Below are positions 1 through 13,075 of a stretch of DNA of 64,000 bases, one piece after another. Location of the stretch: assembly GCA_051362555.1 (NCBI GenBank), contig CM120644.1, positions 20,730,534 through 20,794,533 on the forward strand, written 5' to 3'. The translations under genes and the position numbers were made by a program. Each line of letters begins with the position of its first letter. Positions within the stretch are counted from its first letter, which is position 1. The notes under the pieces were generated by a model that was given only the letters and a program-made list of their open reading frames with translations, had not been told where the DNA came from and searched no databases. The DNA is from Lingula anatina. Its lineage: Eukaryota; Animalia; Brachiopoda.

Positions 1-853
1 CTGTTCTACTCTTTTATATTCAGTGTTTCATGCTTGGGCCAGCATAAGCCCTGAACGCATCAGACAATTATATGAATCCTTGCCTCGTAGACAGGCACCT
101 GTTATTAGGTCACGTGGCTATGCCACTAAGTACTAATTTTGGACTTGAAACTGCATATTTTGGTAGAATGTATATTTTGTTCTCATTTTGTGATTTTTTG
201 TGAAATTTGATGTTAATCAAATGATACCAGGAGCATATCATTCCACAGTCATTTATCTCCCCCATAGTATTGGTTCAGTAGGGGTGACACTTCTATTGTC
301 CAGTGTGTGTATAGATGAACAATGATTGTGTGCAGTCGGGCAGATAATCATTGGGAGATGGGACTTGGGAGATGAAAATAAACGCTGTCGCTCAGCAGCA
401 TCAGTAGAGGAAGAGGTGGCAATTAAGGCTGTCACTCATCACCTCAAACGAGACAAACTCAACTTACTTCCTTTAACCCAGCTGACTTACTCTAAGCATT
501 GTGGCCTATTCTGTTTACCCTGTACTTACTATGTTTAATGTGCGGTACGTAAGATTAGGGTGGATTATCCATATGCATAATGTCACCTTCTCTGTGTATA
601 TAAGTATATATTTTATTGATGATGTATTATCTGTTTTCAGTAGAGACGAAGGTGTGTTTCCTGGATTATAATTACACTGAGGACAGCTGAGCTGATCTCA
701 ACCTCGCAGCCTCAGCACAGGTCAGTGCAACAATGATATTGCCATACTGATGATTCTCTTTAATCGAATTGTGACCATCGACACAATATATGTATGTGGT
801 ACCTGACAAATTATTATTTTGGAGAAGGTTCACTTAGGTCCCATTCTGTTTTA

Positions 854-2273
854 CACTAATGCTCATAAGTTAAGCAACACCCAGATTTTTTCAAAAGTTT
901 CTTCTATCATGATCATTATTTCATTTGTTAGTGGAATTATGTATATTTCTTTCATATTTTATAAATAACCTATTCAAATTGAATATTTCTGTTAATGAAA
1001 TACACCACATAGCTTATTGTAATAATCAAAATAACTTTATTAATCAAACAGTACCAAAATAGGCCAAACCATGTGTCTAAAAAGTATGCTCACACAGCAT
1101 CAAGTACGTGCTGATTAAAACAGCTTATCATGAAAAAATAAAGTTCAATCATCTAAGAATTAGTTTTAATAAAAGAAGACTGTAGATAATAAATGATTAA
1201 TCGTCTATTATCCAATAAATATTGGGTGTGCCTTCCCTATTTTTGAACAACAGCTTCACAATGTCTCCTGCAATTTGCCACCAAATTCTGTCAATCTTGC
1301 ATTGTGAGCCTGTTCCATTCCTAAATTACTGCCTGCTGGAGCTTTCTTATGTTTCCGACTGGAGGTTGTCTCTCATTAACTGCTCTGTCAATCATATCTT
1401 TAGCATGTTCAATTACACTGAGAATTGGCGAATATTGCAGGGCCATCCAAATTTGGAATACCATGCTGTTGCAGCACGATTTGCACGGACCGTGCTTTAT
1501 GAATGGGCAAATTGTCCTGCACCAAAATGATATTTCTTCCTGGATTTGCTTGAATGTGTGATTGCAAGCTCCCCAATGGTATTTCTTTTCTGTATCGTTG
1601 ACCAGTGTATCTCCCTTGCATAACGTACAGTGGCAATTTTTCATCATATGAGAAAGCGCACCATACTATGACGGGTACTCCGCCATCCTGAATACGTGGG
1701 TGATCACAATCATCCTGAAACGCTTGGTTTGGACCTCTCCAGACTCCCAGCCAACCATCTGCATACATCAAAGTGAATCTGCTCTCGTCAGTCCACAGGA
1801 CCCTTCACCCAGTCCTTAGATTCTATCTTTCTCGGCATCTGGCTTATGCCAAACTTATCTGCTTGTGTCTTTTGGTCGACGGTGGCTTTTTAGGAGGCTT
1901 TTTAAATGAAAGTCCAGCTTCTAAATTATGCCTGTTGACTGTCTGCCTACTGATTCGAGCTCTTCCTAATCCAGGCCAGATGTTTCTCAGCTGTTTAGAC
2001 CGGTTCTGGTGGCGTAGTCGAACCTAACATCTTCTAACACTTGCGTCGGTTAATCTTGTTCTACCAGAAAGAGGCTTGTCCAATACATGATGATAACAAA
2101 TTGTGCCCATGAAACCAGCCAAATTGGAAGCTCCGTATGGCATGCCCAAACTGTGTTTTTCGCAAGTGGCACCCCTATTGCATATTCTACCCTGCCTTTT
2201 GCCTTAATAAAAAGCTTGGTTGCTGAGAAATTTGAGAAATTAGAAAGTGTTGCTTAACTTATGAGCATCAGTG
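854..2273 (-). mobile_element. Tc1/mariner DNA transposon, degenerate
   Basis: 27-bp TIRs CACTAATGCTCATAAGTTAAGCAACAC / GTGTTGCTTAACTTATGAGCATCAGTG; TA TSD at 852-853 and 2274-2275; a matching empty site lies in the paralogous repeat near 4800-4830. Confidence 0.93.
1190..2160 (-). pseudogene. Tc1-type DDE transposase with frameshifts and stops
   Basis: Minus-strand fragments WTDESRFTL, GGVPVIVWCAFSY, LVQDNLPIHKAR and ..VIEH match Tc1 catalytic motifs. Boundaries are approximate. Confidence 0.85.
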
Positions 2274-2434
2274 TATATATTTTCAAGGTGACAAGGGTTT
2301 ATGTGAACTGTTTGGAGTTGGGGAGGGGGGGGGTCAAGGATTCGCTTAGCAAAAATCTTGTTATAGACAAAATTTCATGTATACATTCCGATGCCTGAGC
2401 ATTGTCTGTTGTGACATTGAATGTGTCTGTATGC

Positions 2435-4265
2435 TCAATGAGGTATGGTATCGTTTGGATGAGCAGTTGAAAGAGGTCTTGTGGTTATTGTACTAGTATC
2501 TATATTTAAATTCACATTCAGATATACCATGTATTCTTTTGTTTCGTTTTTGGTTATCACGGTTGCCTTATAAATTACATTTTTTTCTAGACATTTGCCA
2601 TTCATTGGGCATTCACTTTTCATCCTACAGTTACAAGTTTTTACATCTGATACATTTATGACAACCCTAGAATTATTCATCTAACTGTTGCTCTTAGTTT
2701 TAATGATTTGGGCAATATTGTCCATGCAGCTGTAGCTAACTTTAATGTTGTTTTTATTAAAAATCTTACAGTAATAAAGAACCTGGTGGGAAATGGGAGT
2801 TAATAAGTCTTTGAAATACTTTACCGACATTAGTCTGTACATTTCTACTAAAAGGTGGGTTGAACCATAAGATATTCCTTTTGCCTTTTACTCCCTCTTT
2901 GATGACGCAAACATGCTTTCATCACTAGAAATTGTAGATAGTCTTGTGTTTACTGAGTTAAATATGGCATTTATGACGCATTCCGGGTTATTAGATTTGC
3001 AGTGTACATAGCGTAGTGCTGCGTTGCGTTTTTTGTAAGGTCCGAAAGATCCATCCCAGCAGGCATAGTTGCGTTGGATCGACGTTGAAAACAGGTTGAT
3101 ACGTTGAATTGCCGTTTATCTACCTAAATTCAACGTAAAATCAACGTTGATCCAGCCACATCGAAACACCGTCATAATGTGACATTGACTCAACGTTGTA
3201 TTTTGGTCAATGACACAACCTTGCAGTTATGGATTGTAATTTAAAGTATTAATTATTGAAAACGTGATACTTTGTTAATCAATACTGTAACTAAATTTAT
3301 CAAAAAAATAACATAAGTGTTTTAAAGTAAAAGTGACAGTTGTTTTGTGTCTTTAGTTAACTAGTGAATTTTCTTAACTTGTTATTCAGAAATACATTCC
3401 AATAAACTGAATTCCTTGCAAGGTCAGCTAACACTAGGATGAATAAGTTGCTGTAAATATAATGGAGTTAACAGTTAATGGTAACCTGTTATAGATAGAC
3501 AGGTTGAGGTGACTGTGACTTTGTTATATATATATAAGAAAAGAACTATACAAATTAATCTAAACTTTGGAAATTTTAACTTAAAGGCCATAAATTTATA
3601 CCCTACATATATTTAGCCATCAAACATGTCCTACAGCTAAACACATCCAGGCTAATTTCCTGCTGGATGGGGTTGATGTAACATTGTTTTCTGACGTTGA
3701 TACAACGTTGTTATCTGAGGTTGACACAACTTTCAAATCCAACATTTATTCAATGTCTTCTCAACGTTATGGTTCAACATTGTTTCAACGTTAAAACAAC
3801 ATAATTTGCCTGCTGGGATCTTTCAGGTTGAAGGTTACATCTAGGTCCGAAGGATCCGTCTTTCAGGTTGAAGTTTACGTCTAGGAAATTGACGGAGTTA
3901 CGCGAGATGGTGGTTGTGATTTTTAATCCGAACTATTTCATGGTTGAAGTTAAAACCTTGACTATCTTGTTGGCGTATGACATTGTGTTATTTCTAAGGA
4001 TAGCAAGACCGTCGTCTCTAAAGAGCCCTACTTCATCGTGGAATAATCCCTTGATTTTATCAAGTAAAAATACACTAACGAGCTCACATGGCTCAGCGCC
4101 ATCATACAATCCCATTGTGATGTCGAACAAAGCCGAATCATCCGGCCTTTTTGACCCATGCACATTTTTTGTGGAAAATTAAGGAGCATTTGGCTTGTGT
4201 CACTATTTGTTTTTCTTCCTCAGAGATACTTACTAACTTTGACGTGAAGTCCAATGCTTCTGTGA
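2435..4265 (-). mobile_element. Penelope-like retroelement relic (RT + GIY-YIG endonuclease), interrupted by a MITE at 3055-3817
   Basis: RT fragment FDITMGLYDGAEPCELV...GLFRDDGL (3933-4163), a WFNPPF motif near 2850-2868, and CNCRMKSECPMNGKCLEKNVIYKATV...KEY (2435-2680), typical of the Penelope endonuclease region. Confidence 0.85.
3055..3817. mobile_element. Non-autonomous CCCAGCAGGCA-terminated TIR element (CACTA/EnSpm-like), copy 1
   Basis: Ends CCCAGCAGGCA...TGCCTGCTGGG, AT TSD, subterminal CAACGTTG-type repeats. Confidence 0.88.
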
Positions 4266-4276
4266 CATTATAAATA

Positions 4277-4719
4277 TATATAAATGACGTAACCTTGGAA
4301 ATCTTAACTTAAAGGCCATACATTTACACCCTACATATATTTAGCCATCAAACATGTCCTACTACTAAACACATCCAGGCTAAAAGGGTATAACATGCTT
4401 AGGTGCAAAACATGCTTAGGAGCTAAATGTGTTGAAAAAAATGAGACAAAGCAGGCCCTTACATGTTTTTACAGTGTATGCTATAATTGCGTACCTGTGT
4501 TTTGTACCAAAAATAAAAATATTTCAGGTCATTTTAATGTCTTTTTATGCAAGAATGTTGTCTAACAACTGGGGTTGATACAATGTTGTTATCTGACATT
4601 GATACAACGTTGTTATTTGACGGTGATCCAACTTTCAAATCCAATGTTTATCCAACGTCTTGTCAACGTTATAGTTCAACATTGTTTCAGTGTTGAAACA
4701 ACATGATTTGCCCGCTAGG
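4277..4719. mobile_element. Truncated copy of the CCCAGCAGGCA family (one end only)
   Basis: Matches the interior and one end (ATTTGCCCGCTAGG) of the other copies. Confidence 0.8.
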
Positions 4720-5474
4720 TCTCTTTAATCGAATTGTGACCATCGACACTATATGTGGTACCTGAGAAATTATAATTTTGTAAAATTGTTACGTAGGTTC
4801 CACTGTTTTATATATTTTCAAGGTGACAAGGCTTAATGTTAACTGTTTGGAATTTGGGGGGGAGGGGGGTCGAGGATTCGCTTAGCAAAAATCTCGATAT
4901 AGACAAAATTTCTTGTATACATTGTGATGCCTGTATGTTGTCTGTGATGACATTGAATGTGTCTGTATGTATTCTGATGATGTATTATCTGTTTTCAGTA
5001 GAGATGAAAGTATTTCCTGGATTATCATCACACTGAGGACAGCTGAGCTGATTTCAACCTCGCAACCTCAGCACAGGTCAGTGCAACAATATGATATTGC
5101 CATACTGATGATTCTCTTTAATCGAATTGTGACCATCGACACTTTATGGTGTACATTCCGATACCTGTGCATTGTCTGTTGTGATATTTAATGTGTGTCT
5201 CTATGTAATCTGATCATTGTCTGTGTCTTTATTGTCGCTGCATATGTTTATTATAATATAATAATATATTTTGATCACTGTGTTATGTCTGTGTTGTAAC
5301 TACATACATGTATATACTGTATATATGTCTATATATATTTCTTATTGATGATTTATGAGTAGAAAGAAAGGCGTGTATCCTGGATTATCATCACACTGAG
5401 GACAGTTGAATTCATCTGTTCATCATCTCATTCTACAACCTCACAGCATCATTAAAGGTCAGTGCAACAACCAT

Positions 5475-6278
5475 CCCAGCAGGCAAATTATGTTGTTTTA
5501 TCGTTGAAACAATGTTGAACAATAACGTTGATAATATGTTGGATAAACATTGGATTTGAAAGTTGACTCAATGTCAGATAACAACAATGTATCAATCCCA
5601 GTTGTTAGACAACATTCATTTTTCAACGCATTTAGCTCCTAAGCAGGTTTTGTACCTAAGCATGGTACACCCTTTTAGCCTGGATGTGTTTAGCAGTAGG
5701 ACATGTTTGATGGCTAAATATATGTATGGTATATATGTATGGCCTTTAAGTTAAAATTTCCAAGGTTTAGATTAATATATATAGTTATTTTCTTATATAT
5801 ATAATAAATTCACAGTTACCTCAACCTGTCTATCTATAACAGGGTACCGAGAACTGTCAACTTTATTAACTTCACTCCATCATATTTACAGCAACTTATT
5901 CATCCTAGTGTTAGCTGACCTTGCAAGGAATTCAGTTTATTGGAATGTATTTCTGAATAACAAGTTAAGAAAATTCACTAGTTCACTAAAGACACACTTT
6001 TACTTTAAAACACTTTTTTATTATTTTGATATTTAAAGTTAGTTACAGTATTGATAAACAAAGTATCACGTTTTCAATAATTAATATTTTAAATTACAAT
6101 CCATGTCTGCAAGGTTGTGTCAATGACCAAAATACAACGTTGAGTCAACGTCACATTATGACGGTGTTTTGACGTGGCTAGATCAACGTTAATTTTACGT
6201 TGAATTTAGGTAGATCAACGGCAATTCAACGTATCAACCTGTTTTCAGCATTGATCCAACGCGACTATGCCTGCTGGG
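5475..6278. mobile_element. CCCAGCAGGCA family, copy 2 (inverted relative to copy 1)
   Basis: Same TIRs; AT TSD; an equivalent empty site is at ~12826-12850. Confidence 0.88.
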
Positions 6279-6546
6279 ATATTGCTACACTGGTGATTCT
6301 TTTCAATCCCATTGTGAACATGCACTGCCGCTATATGTTGTAACTGAGAAATTATTATTTGTAAATCGGTCATTGAGATCCAAATCAGTTTAAGATATGT
6401 TCAAGGTGACAGGGGTTAATGTGAACTGTTTGGAGTTGGTGGGAGTTGGAAATTTATATAGACAAAATTTCTTGTATACATTGTGATTCCTTTGCATTGT
6501 CTCTTGTGACATTCAATGTGTCTGTATGTATTCTGATAACTGTCTA

Positions 6547-6760
6547 AGACTGCATTCCCACAGATTTTAGATTGATCTATCCCCATGGGGAGTCTCACTA
6601 GATTGCAGGCAGCTTAGCCAGCTTAAATGTCTGTCACACCTACTAAAAGCTGTAAGGGGGTAATTAAATTTTGTGCACGCTTGGCTGACAGCAATTTAGC
6701 ATGAATTTAATAGTTAGGTCGATCCAGATGGATCGATCTAAATCTGTGGGAACCCAGTCT
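6547..6760. mobile_element. ~210-bp MITE; related copies at ~53060-53248 and ~55250-55471
   Basis: Imperfect TIRs AGACTGCATTCCCACAGATTT / AAATCTGTGGGAACCCAGTCT; the interior is shared with the 53.1 kb copy in inverted orientation. Confidence 0.7.
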
Positions 6761-9700
6761 ATTTCTTTATTGTCGTTGTATGTTTTTATTATAATATAAT
6801 AATGTATTTTGGTCACTGTGTTTTTTTTGTGTTGTAACTACTTTATGTGTCTATAAATATATATTTTTATTGAGGATGTATTATCTGTTTTCAGTGTAGA
6901 TGAAGGTGTGTTCCTGGATTATCATCACACTGAGGACAGCTGAACTGATCTCTTCCTTGCAACCTTATTACCACAGGTCAGTGCAACAATGATATTACCA
7001 TACAGGTGATTCTCTTTAATCGAATTAGATTGCATTAGTTGAGAAATGATGTTCTTTTTGCCTGCAGACATTGCTCAACCTTAGGTTTAGTACGCAACAT
7101 AAATAGTTCGCATTAAAATAGTTTTCTGTGTGTTTTTCTTAGACATTTTCTTATGTTATTGATTCGAGTGGTAAACGTTTTTTCTTCTATTACATAGGTA
7201 AGTGCACTTTAGTTTGGATCATTTTAGATGAATGCATTAATATGTAAAGCTTCCAGGAACTATATGTATGTTGCAATGGGCATCAGCAGTCAAGCTTCAC
7301 TTGCTGCTAAAATAAAGTGGAAACCTGTCAAATGTCAAGGTACGTTTTTAATGTTCATGTATAAACTTTAAGGAGATGACAGAACCAAAGTCCGCTTATA
7401 GCTCAGAGTAGTTTAGAATGTGTGTTTGGAGTTAAGGCCCGATAAAAGCATCGTGTAAAAAAAAAAAAAAAAAACTAGTTCTAGCAAATACCACATTCCT
7501 TGTACATGTAAAGTAAAACCACTCACATTGATTGGACAGTGTAAGATATTCTGTATTCATTAGTGTCACCCAGTCATGTCTGTCGACATAGTTCAGTATT
7601 TACATTTAAAGAAACTTAAAGAGGCACTTAAGGTGAGCTTTGAAACATGTGTTCTGAAACTTGAATGTATTGGTGGGGCGCAACAAGCACAATCGCCTCC
7701 ATAGCATTAGTTTTCACTTGTCAAGTAGTGTAAAGTATGTACAATGTTTTATTAAGGTTCTGTTTTATTACAGGCAAGGAACTTTGGTTGTAGTCCAACG
7801 TCAAGTTTAAGGGGTTTAAGAGGACAAACATTCATGTAAGATTACTGGTAATCAGTAAAAACTATGTTATTACTAATGTATAATGTTACTTTACAGTTAT
7901 GATAAGTTTATAAGTTCTGTTTTGCATTTAGTAAGAAGTGTACAGAAATAAGTGTATGTAATTAAGTACCGTGTAGCTATTTAGTCCCCGGTCACTTTAA
8001 TAGCACACGCACGGCGAACGTGCGTGTGCCCCCGACAGTGTTAATGATAGGGGGATTACGATAGACAGCGCAAGTCGTTCACAGCGGGAGTCACTATCGC
8101 CGCTGTTAGGCCGGTAATTAAGTCTTTAACTTGACTAAACATGTTTCGCTTTGTAACTTGCGTCCTTCAGTCTTGCTGTTGCGGAAGCGCCGGCGAGAAA
8201 TATCTCCACCTTGCCGATATTTATCCCGACTCCAGACTTGAAAAGTAAAATTGGTTTTGATTTTATCAAAGTCTTATTGTATCAGAAAACCTGCATATTT
8301 TCATACGTTAAGAGAATTATAGAAACTGTAAAAAAGCTACTCGTACATCAGGGATAGAAAACAAGACCTTGCAGCACTATAATCTATTATTCATCACCAG
8401 AAGTTCCTGTTTCACTTTTTTCTCCCAAATTACAAAGTCTGGTGACAACTGAAAAGTTTTAGCCATTATACCTCAGGGCAGTGAGAGAGTTGATTAAAAG
8501 TAATAAAATTATATATTTTGAAGAATTTTCCTAGCCTTCGGCAATTTCCGCAAAGCTTCGGCATGCGCGGCAATACAGATCTGTCGATATCGGTGTGAAA
8601 GTGTAATAGCACTGGTGGAATAACGGTTAACGTCGTTGCAAACGTTGTAACCTACCCGACGGGAGTTCGTACCCCAAAGGTACTTTTGAAATTTTGGAAT
8701 TATCATTATTATTGATATCTTTTAATATTAAAACAGTTGTGGCTAATTGTTTTTGCAACGAAAAGCAGAGTAGGGAGGATTGTTGTAATTGTTAAAGTTA
8801 TTATGACTGGGGACATAAATTAGTACGCTAATCGCTTATCATGGTATAATGATTGATAAGATGGGTATCAGATAGTTTTCATTTGATATAAACGACGAAA
8901 TAGCGGCCTTCCAAAGATCTTTGCTGAATGTTTATAACGTAGGTACTATTATGCGCACAAATATTGATACATGACGCAAACGACATTTACTCATTTCGGT
9001 AATATTAATTTTAATTAAAAATAAATAAAATTAAATTGAAATTAAAATTAAAATTTGTCTAAACGTGCATATTACCATACACCGTGTTTAAAGGGTTCTC
9101 AACACTTTACATCCTAATACAGCTTGTCAATTTTCATGTTTGCTAGTTTATTTTGATTTGAGTGACGACCGACCCTCTACTAGGACCGCAAATTATATAT
9201 GAGTATTTTTCTTCAGTGCAAGAGACTGCATAATGAAAAATCAATCTGCAACTCTGGTATAGGATGGCCTTATGTGTGTAATAATATACAAGTAGGGGCA
9301 GGGGTACAATTTTACAGTACAATAAGTCATTTATACATCTATTGATCTCATCGTCGGGTCATTGTTTACAATAGCGCTTTGTCGCTGTGCGTACCTTTTT
9401 GCATTTGAGTTAGACTCAGTCAGTAACAGCTGGTGATTTTGTCTCTTTTTTTTTTTTTTTTTTTTTTTTTGCGTTTCATTGACAATATTTTGGCCACCTA
9501 AGTAGGGAAATGTGGCTCTTTGTTTTGAAATGACATTTCCATTGTTCCTTTGAACACGCAAAAGTCTTCACCAGGAAGCAGATAACACTTACGTCAACAT
9601 TCTTACTTTGTAGTAACCATCCAGGGGGGAAAACAAAAGCCTCATTAGGTGTCGTCCTTGACACTGTAAAAGGTGTTAATTTCATGCTTCTATTGTTTGC

Positions 9701-9877
9701 CCATGAATCATTATGACGAAATTGTAGGGTTGCCAGATCACTCGCGCTCCATTCAATTCTCTTTTTCTGCCCTGCAGCCTGGGATGAGTGATACTTGACT
9801 GTCCTTTGTTTACATCTGGAGATTTTCTTTATAATTTGATCAGTGTGCATATTATAATATATTTTCAATCTGGAAAA

Positions 9878-10970
9878 ATACGTGATAATGTAACGATTCT
9901 TATTTTACGGATAGATAATTACAAAAATTAATTTCAGATATAATACCCCCTATTTCAGCGCCTATTCCTGGCTGCGTTAATTATGGGGGGTTGGAAAGTA
10001 ATCCGTTAGGACGCGGATGTGATGATAGCTACTCTTACCAACAGTACATCATCGATCAACTAAACTCAGCCACCTGAAGCAGAATAACCAACAAAAGACA
10101 TATTGGACTACATCTGCCCTCTTGATGAAACATCTTATGTAAAAAAGGCGATGGCGGTCAAAACATACGTGCCTCGTGGTGTATTAAATGTTCATCGTAT
10201 TTTTTTCGTTCATTATTCTTATGACTTAAGCAACTTCACCTCCGTAACACCCTTTTTATTTATTTAAACCATTGTTAGACAAACCAAGGGTTTCACTCCA
10301 GATTTCACGATCGAACAAGTGATCATGAGGAGAGTGTAGCATGCTATAGTAAACTACCCCAAATATATACCCAACACCTCCAGGGTTTCACGATCGAGCA
10401 AGTGATCATGAGGAGAGAGTGTAGCAGAGAACTTCATTAATGGTCGTCATAATTGGTGGTTGCCTTGGGAAAATGAGTTACAGGATTACATAATACAGAT
10501 ACGTGATAACAAAAGATAAATACTAATTTTTTCCCTGATACAAAATCCCCTATTTCAGCGCTTATTCCTGACTGCGTTAATTACGGGGGATTAGAAAGTA
10601 ATCTGTGAGGACGCAGGAGCGATGATTGCTACTCTTACCAACGGTAAATCACCGATTTACTTGACTCCGCTATTTCGAGCAAAATCACCACGAAAAGACA
10701 AATTAGACTACGTTCGCCCTCTTATTATAACAAAGAATGTAAAAATTTGATGTCGGTCAAAGAAGAGGCCTAGGCTACGTGCTTCATGGTTTATTAGATA
10801 GGCCTATTCATAGGATTTTAGTTCATTATTATAGCTTTACCTCGCGAGACCCCTTTTATATATTTAAAACACAGCACCCCACAGGTTTGGCGATCATGAA
10901 GAAAGGGAGTGTGGCAAAGAACAGAACCTCATTAGGCCCCTAATGGTCGTAATAATTGGTGGTTGCATTG
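9878..10970. repeat. Diverged tandem duplication, two units of ~0.5-0.6 kb
   Basis: CCCCTATTTCAGCGC.TATTCCTG.CTGCGTTAATTA at ~9947 and ~10547; TAATGGTCGT.ATAATTGGTGGTTGC at ~10438 and ~10941. Confidence 0.85.
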
Positions 10971-11559
10971 TAGGCCTAAAATTGTTCATTTTAGTCGACA
11001 AACTAAGCTAGAAGAAAGAACAGATCATTATCGCCTCTCTTTACTTAGGAACAATAACTGGCTAGATGCAGCATTTACAAGTTCTTTTATTTAGAAACTG
11101 CCGATCCTTTGTCTGGGACTGCCGTTCAACGCCGTTTAAATGACGTCCGAGAAACGGCGATAACGACAGAGACGTCCTCGAACATTTTTGGACTCAGTGA
11201 AAATAAAATAAAAATCCGTTAAGAAGTAGCCTTTTAATGTCCTGGCAAATAACTTTGCGATGGCTCAGGGAGTTCTAGAAAGAATGACAAGAAACGACAT
11301 TAGGGTTAATAATAGACTTAAAACTATCAGAGTGTAGGCCTGTCTTAATTACTTCATTTCTAAGACCATCTTGTGATACGAGTCATGCTACACTACAATA
11401 GAGGGGGTAGCAGTGGATGATTTAATACAGGGATACCATCGATAGTTTATCAATAGAAAATCGCGATCCTCAAATGTTTTTTTTTTTTAATTCATTAAAT
11501 ATAAACTGTTTTTTATCGTGCAATGGGTCTGGCATAGTTGTATTGACCTATCAGTTGGC

Positions 11560-11728
11560 CAGGGGCGGACCCAGAGTTATTTCCTGACAGTCTTCCAAAT
11601 TATCTTTGTTGATCCATCCTCCATTTTTTGACCGTCTTCCGACAGAAATAATTAGATACCTGTCAATGTAAGGTTTAAATTCTGACCGTCTTCCGGAAGA
11701 CCCAGAAGACGCCCTAAATCCGCCCCTG
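11560..11728. mobile_element. MITE with CAGGGGCGGA TIRs
   Basis: CAGGGGCGGA...TCCGCCCCTG ends; an inverted homolog lies at 41937-42103. Confidence 0.75.
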
Positions 11729-12129
11729 GAACTTGGAAACACGTGGTTCGTCTACAATTGCAAATGGCGGAGGTGCCCTGGAAGTTATTGTCGTAAAATT
11801 AGCTGGATACGTGCACGTGAGAAAATTATTCATTAAATTCAGTTTTCAAGCGTCAGCTTAATCTGGTAAAATGCCAGACGAAAAAAATCATAGATAGAGC
11901 CTTATGACCCACTGTAGAATGATGCCAAATAATACATCAACGACGAAGTTTATAGGCAGATAAACGTGTTTCCATTCTCGGCTGACTGAGGAATGGTTTG
12001 AGAGAGCATTTAAAGAAGAGGCGGGCGAACCAATAGTGAGTAGGAAGTGTGCTGCAATCAAGACGAACAATACCGATCATAAGTGGACAACTAATAACCC
12101 CTAATTAAGCCCGGGTTACGCACTGCTGT

Positions 12130-12283
12130 GTTGACTCCTTGCTGGGGAGCGGTAGCGGCCTCCTACTGCTGTTAGTAATCACGCATTGTCTTCTAACTTG
12201 CGGCTTAGTTGACTCCTTGCTGGGAAGGGCTAGCGGCCTCCTACTGCTGTGCGTAACACACATTGTCTTCTAACATGCGGCTA
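12130..12283. repeat. Two-copy ~78-bp tandem repeat
   Basis: GTTGACTCCTTGCTGGG...AGCGGCCTCCTACTGCTGT...CATTGTCTTCTAAC.TGCGGCT occurs twice. Confidence 0.85.
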
Positions 12284-12892
12284 CACGTCGGTTGCATTGT
12301 ATTAATAAAGTAATACCTATTCATAAGGAAGGGGGCGGATGGTAATCTGACGAGTATTAAATCAGTTATCGATTAAACGCGTACCAGTAGTCTTGTTTTT
12401 TATTGGCTATACGGTAGTTACTGTTTCACTTAAGTTTTATTGTTTATTTTCAGCAATGACACTTGTAGCAACAACACTTGTAGCAATAAGTCAAAGTGAA
12501 TAAAGAAGTTTTATGCTATTACAGTGACCATTAACAATATATGTTGTACCTGACAAATTATCATTGTCTGTTGTGACATTGAATTTGTCTGTATGTATTC
12601 TGATCACTGGCTATGTCTTTGTTGTCGCTGTATGTGTATTTTGATCACCGTGTTACGTCTGTGTTGTAACTACTTTATATGTCTACATATATATTTCTTA
12701 TTTATGATTTATTATTTTTTCAGTAGAAATAAAGGTGTGTTTCCTGGATTATCATCACACTGAGGACAGTTGAATTTATCTGTTCACCAACTTGTTCTAC
12801 AACCTCACAGCATCATCAAAGGTCAGTGCAACAACCGTATTCCTACACAGGTGATTCTCTTCAGTCGCATTGTGACCATGCACTGCTGCTAT

Positions 12893-13075
12893 CCCAGCCA
12901 GAATGGGAGCCCCGGCTGCCCACGGAGCCCAGGCTGACAGAGAGACTGCCAGGGAGACTGGTCTTTTGCAGTCTGGGGCTCCAGTGTGCAGTCTCCTTGT
13001 GCAGGCAGACTGCAAAGGGGTGCAGAGTTCAATGTCCACTTTTTTTCACCCAGGCAACCCAATCTTGACCAGCAG
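12893..13075. mobile_element. Left end of another CCCAG-type element; right end not found
   Basis: The repeat unit breaks off at GCTAT|CCCAGCCAG and is followed by GC-rich short direct/inverted motifs (GGAGACTG, CAGTCTGG, CAGTCTCC). Confidence 0.5.

Larger units (their letters stand above)
580..12892 (+). repeat. Dispersed/tandem ~0.4 kb repeat unit containing an exon-like cassette; 5 copies broken up by transposon insertions
   Basis: The core CCTGGATTATCATCACACTGAGGACAG...AG|GTCAGTGCAACAA recurs at 641-720, 4999-5076, ~5360-5457, 6895-6976 and 12724-12821 with shared flanks. Confidence 0.85.

Noticed and set aside
7250-7840. Possible small plus-strand exons (AG...GTACG at 7256-7338; CAG...GTAAG at 7774-7835)
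   Set aside because: Could not be joined into a recognisable or consistently open reading frame.
7984-8814. GTCCCCGGTCA...TGACTGGGGAC inverted repeat around an 830-bp segment
   Set aside because: Only an 11-bp imperfect match, with no clear TSD or second copy in the window.
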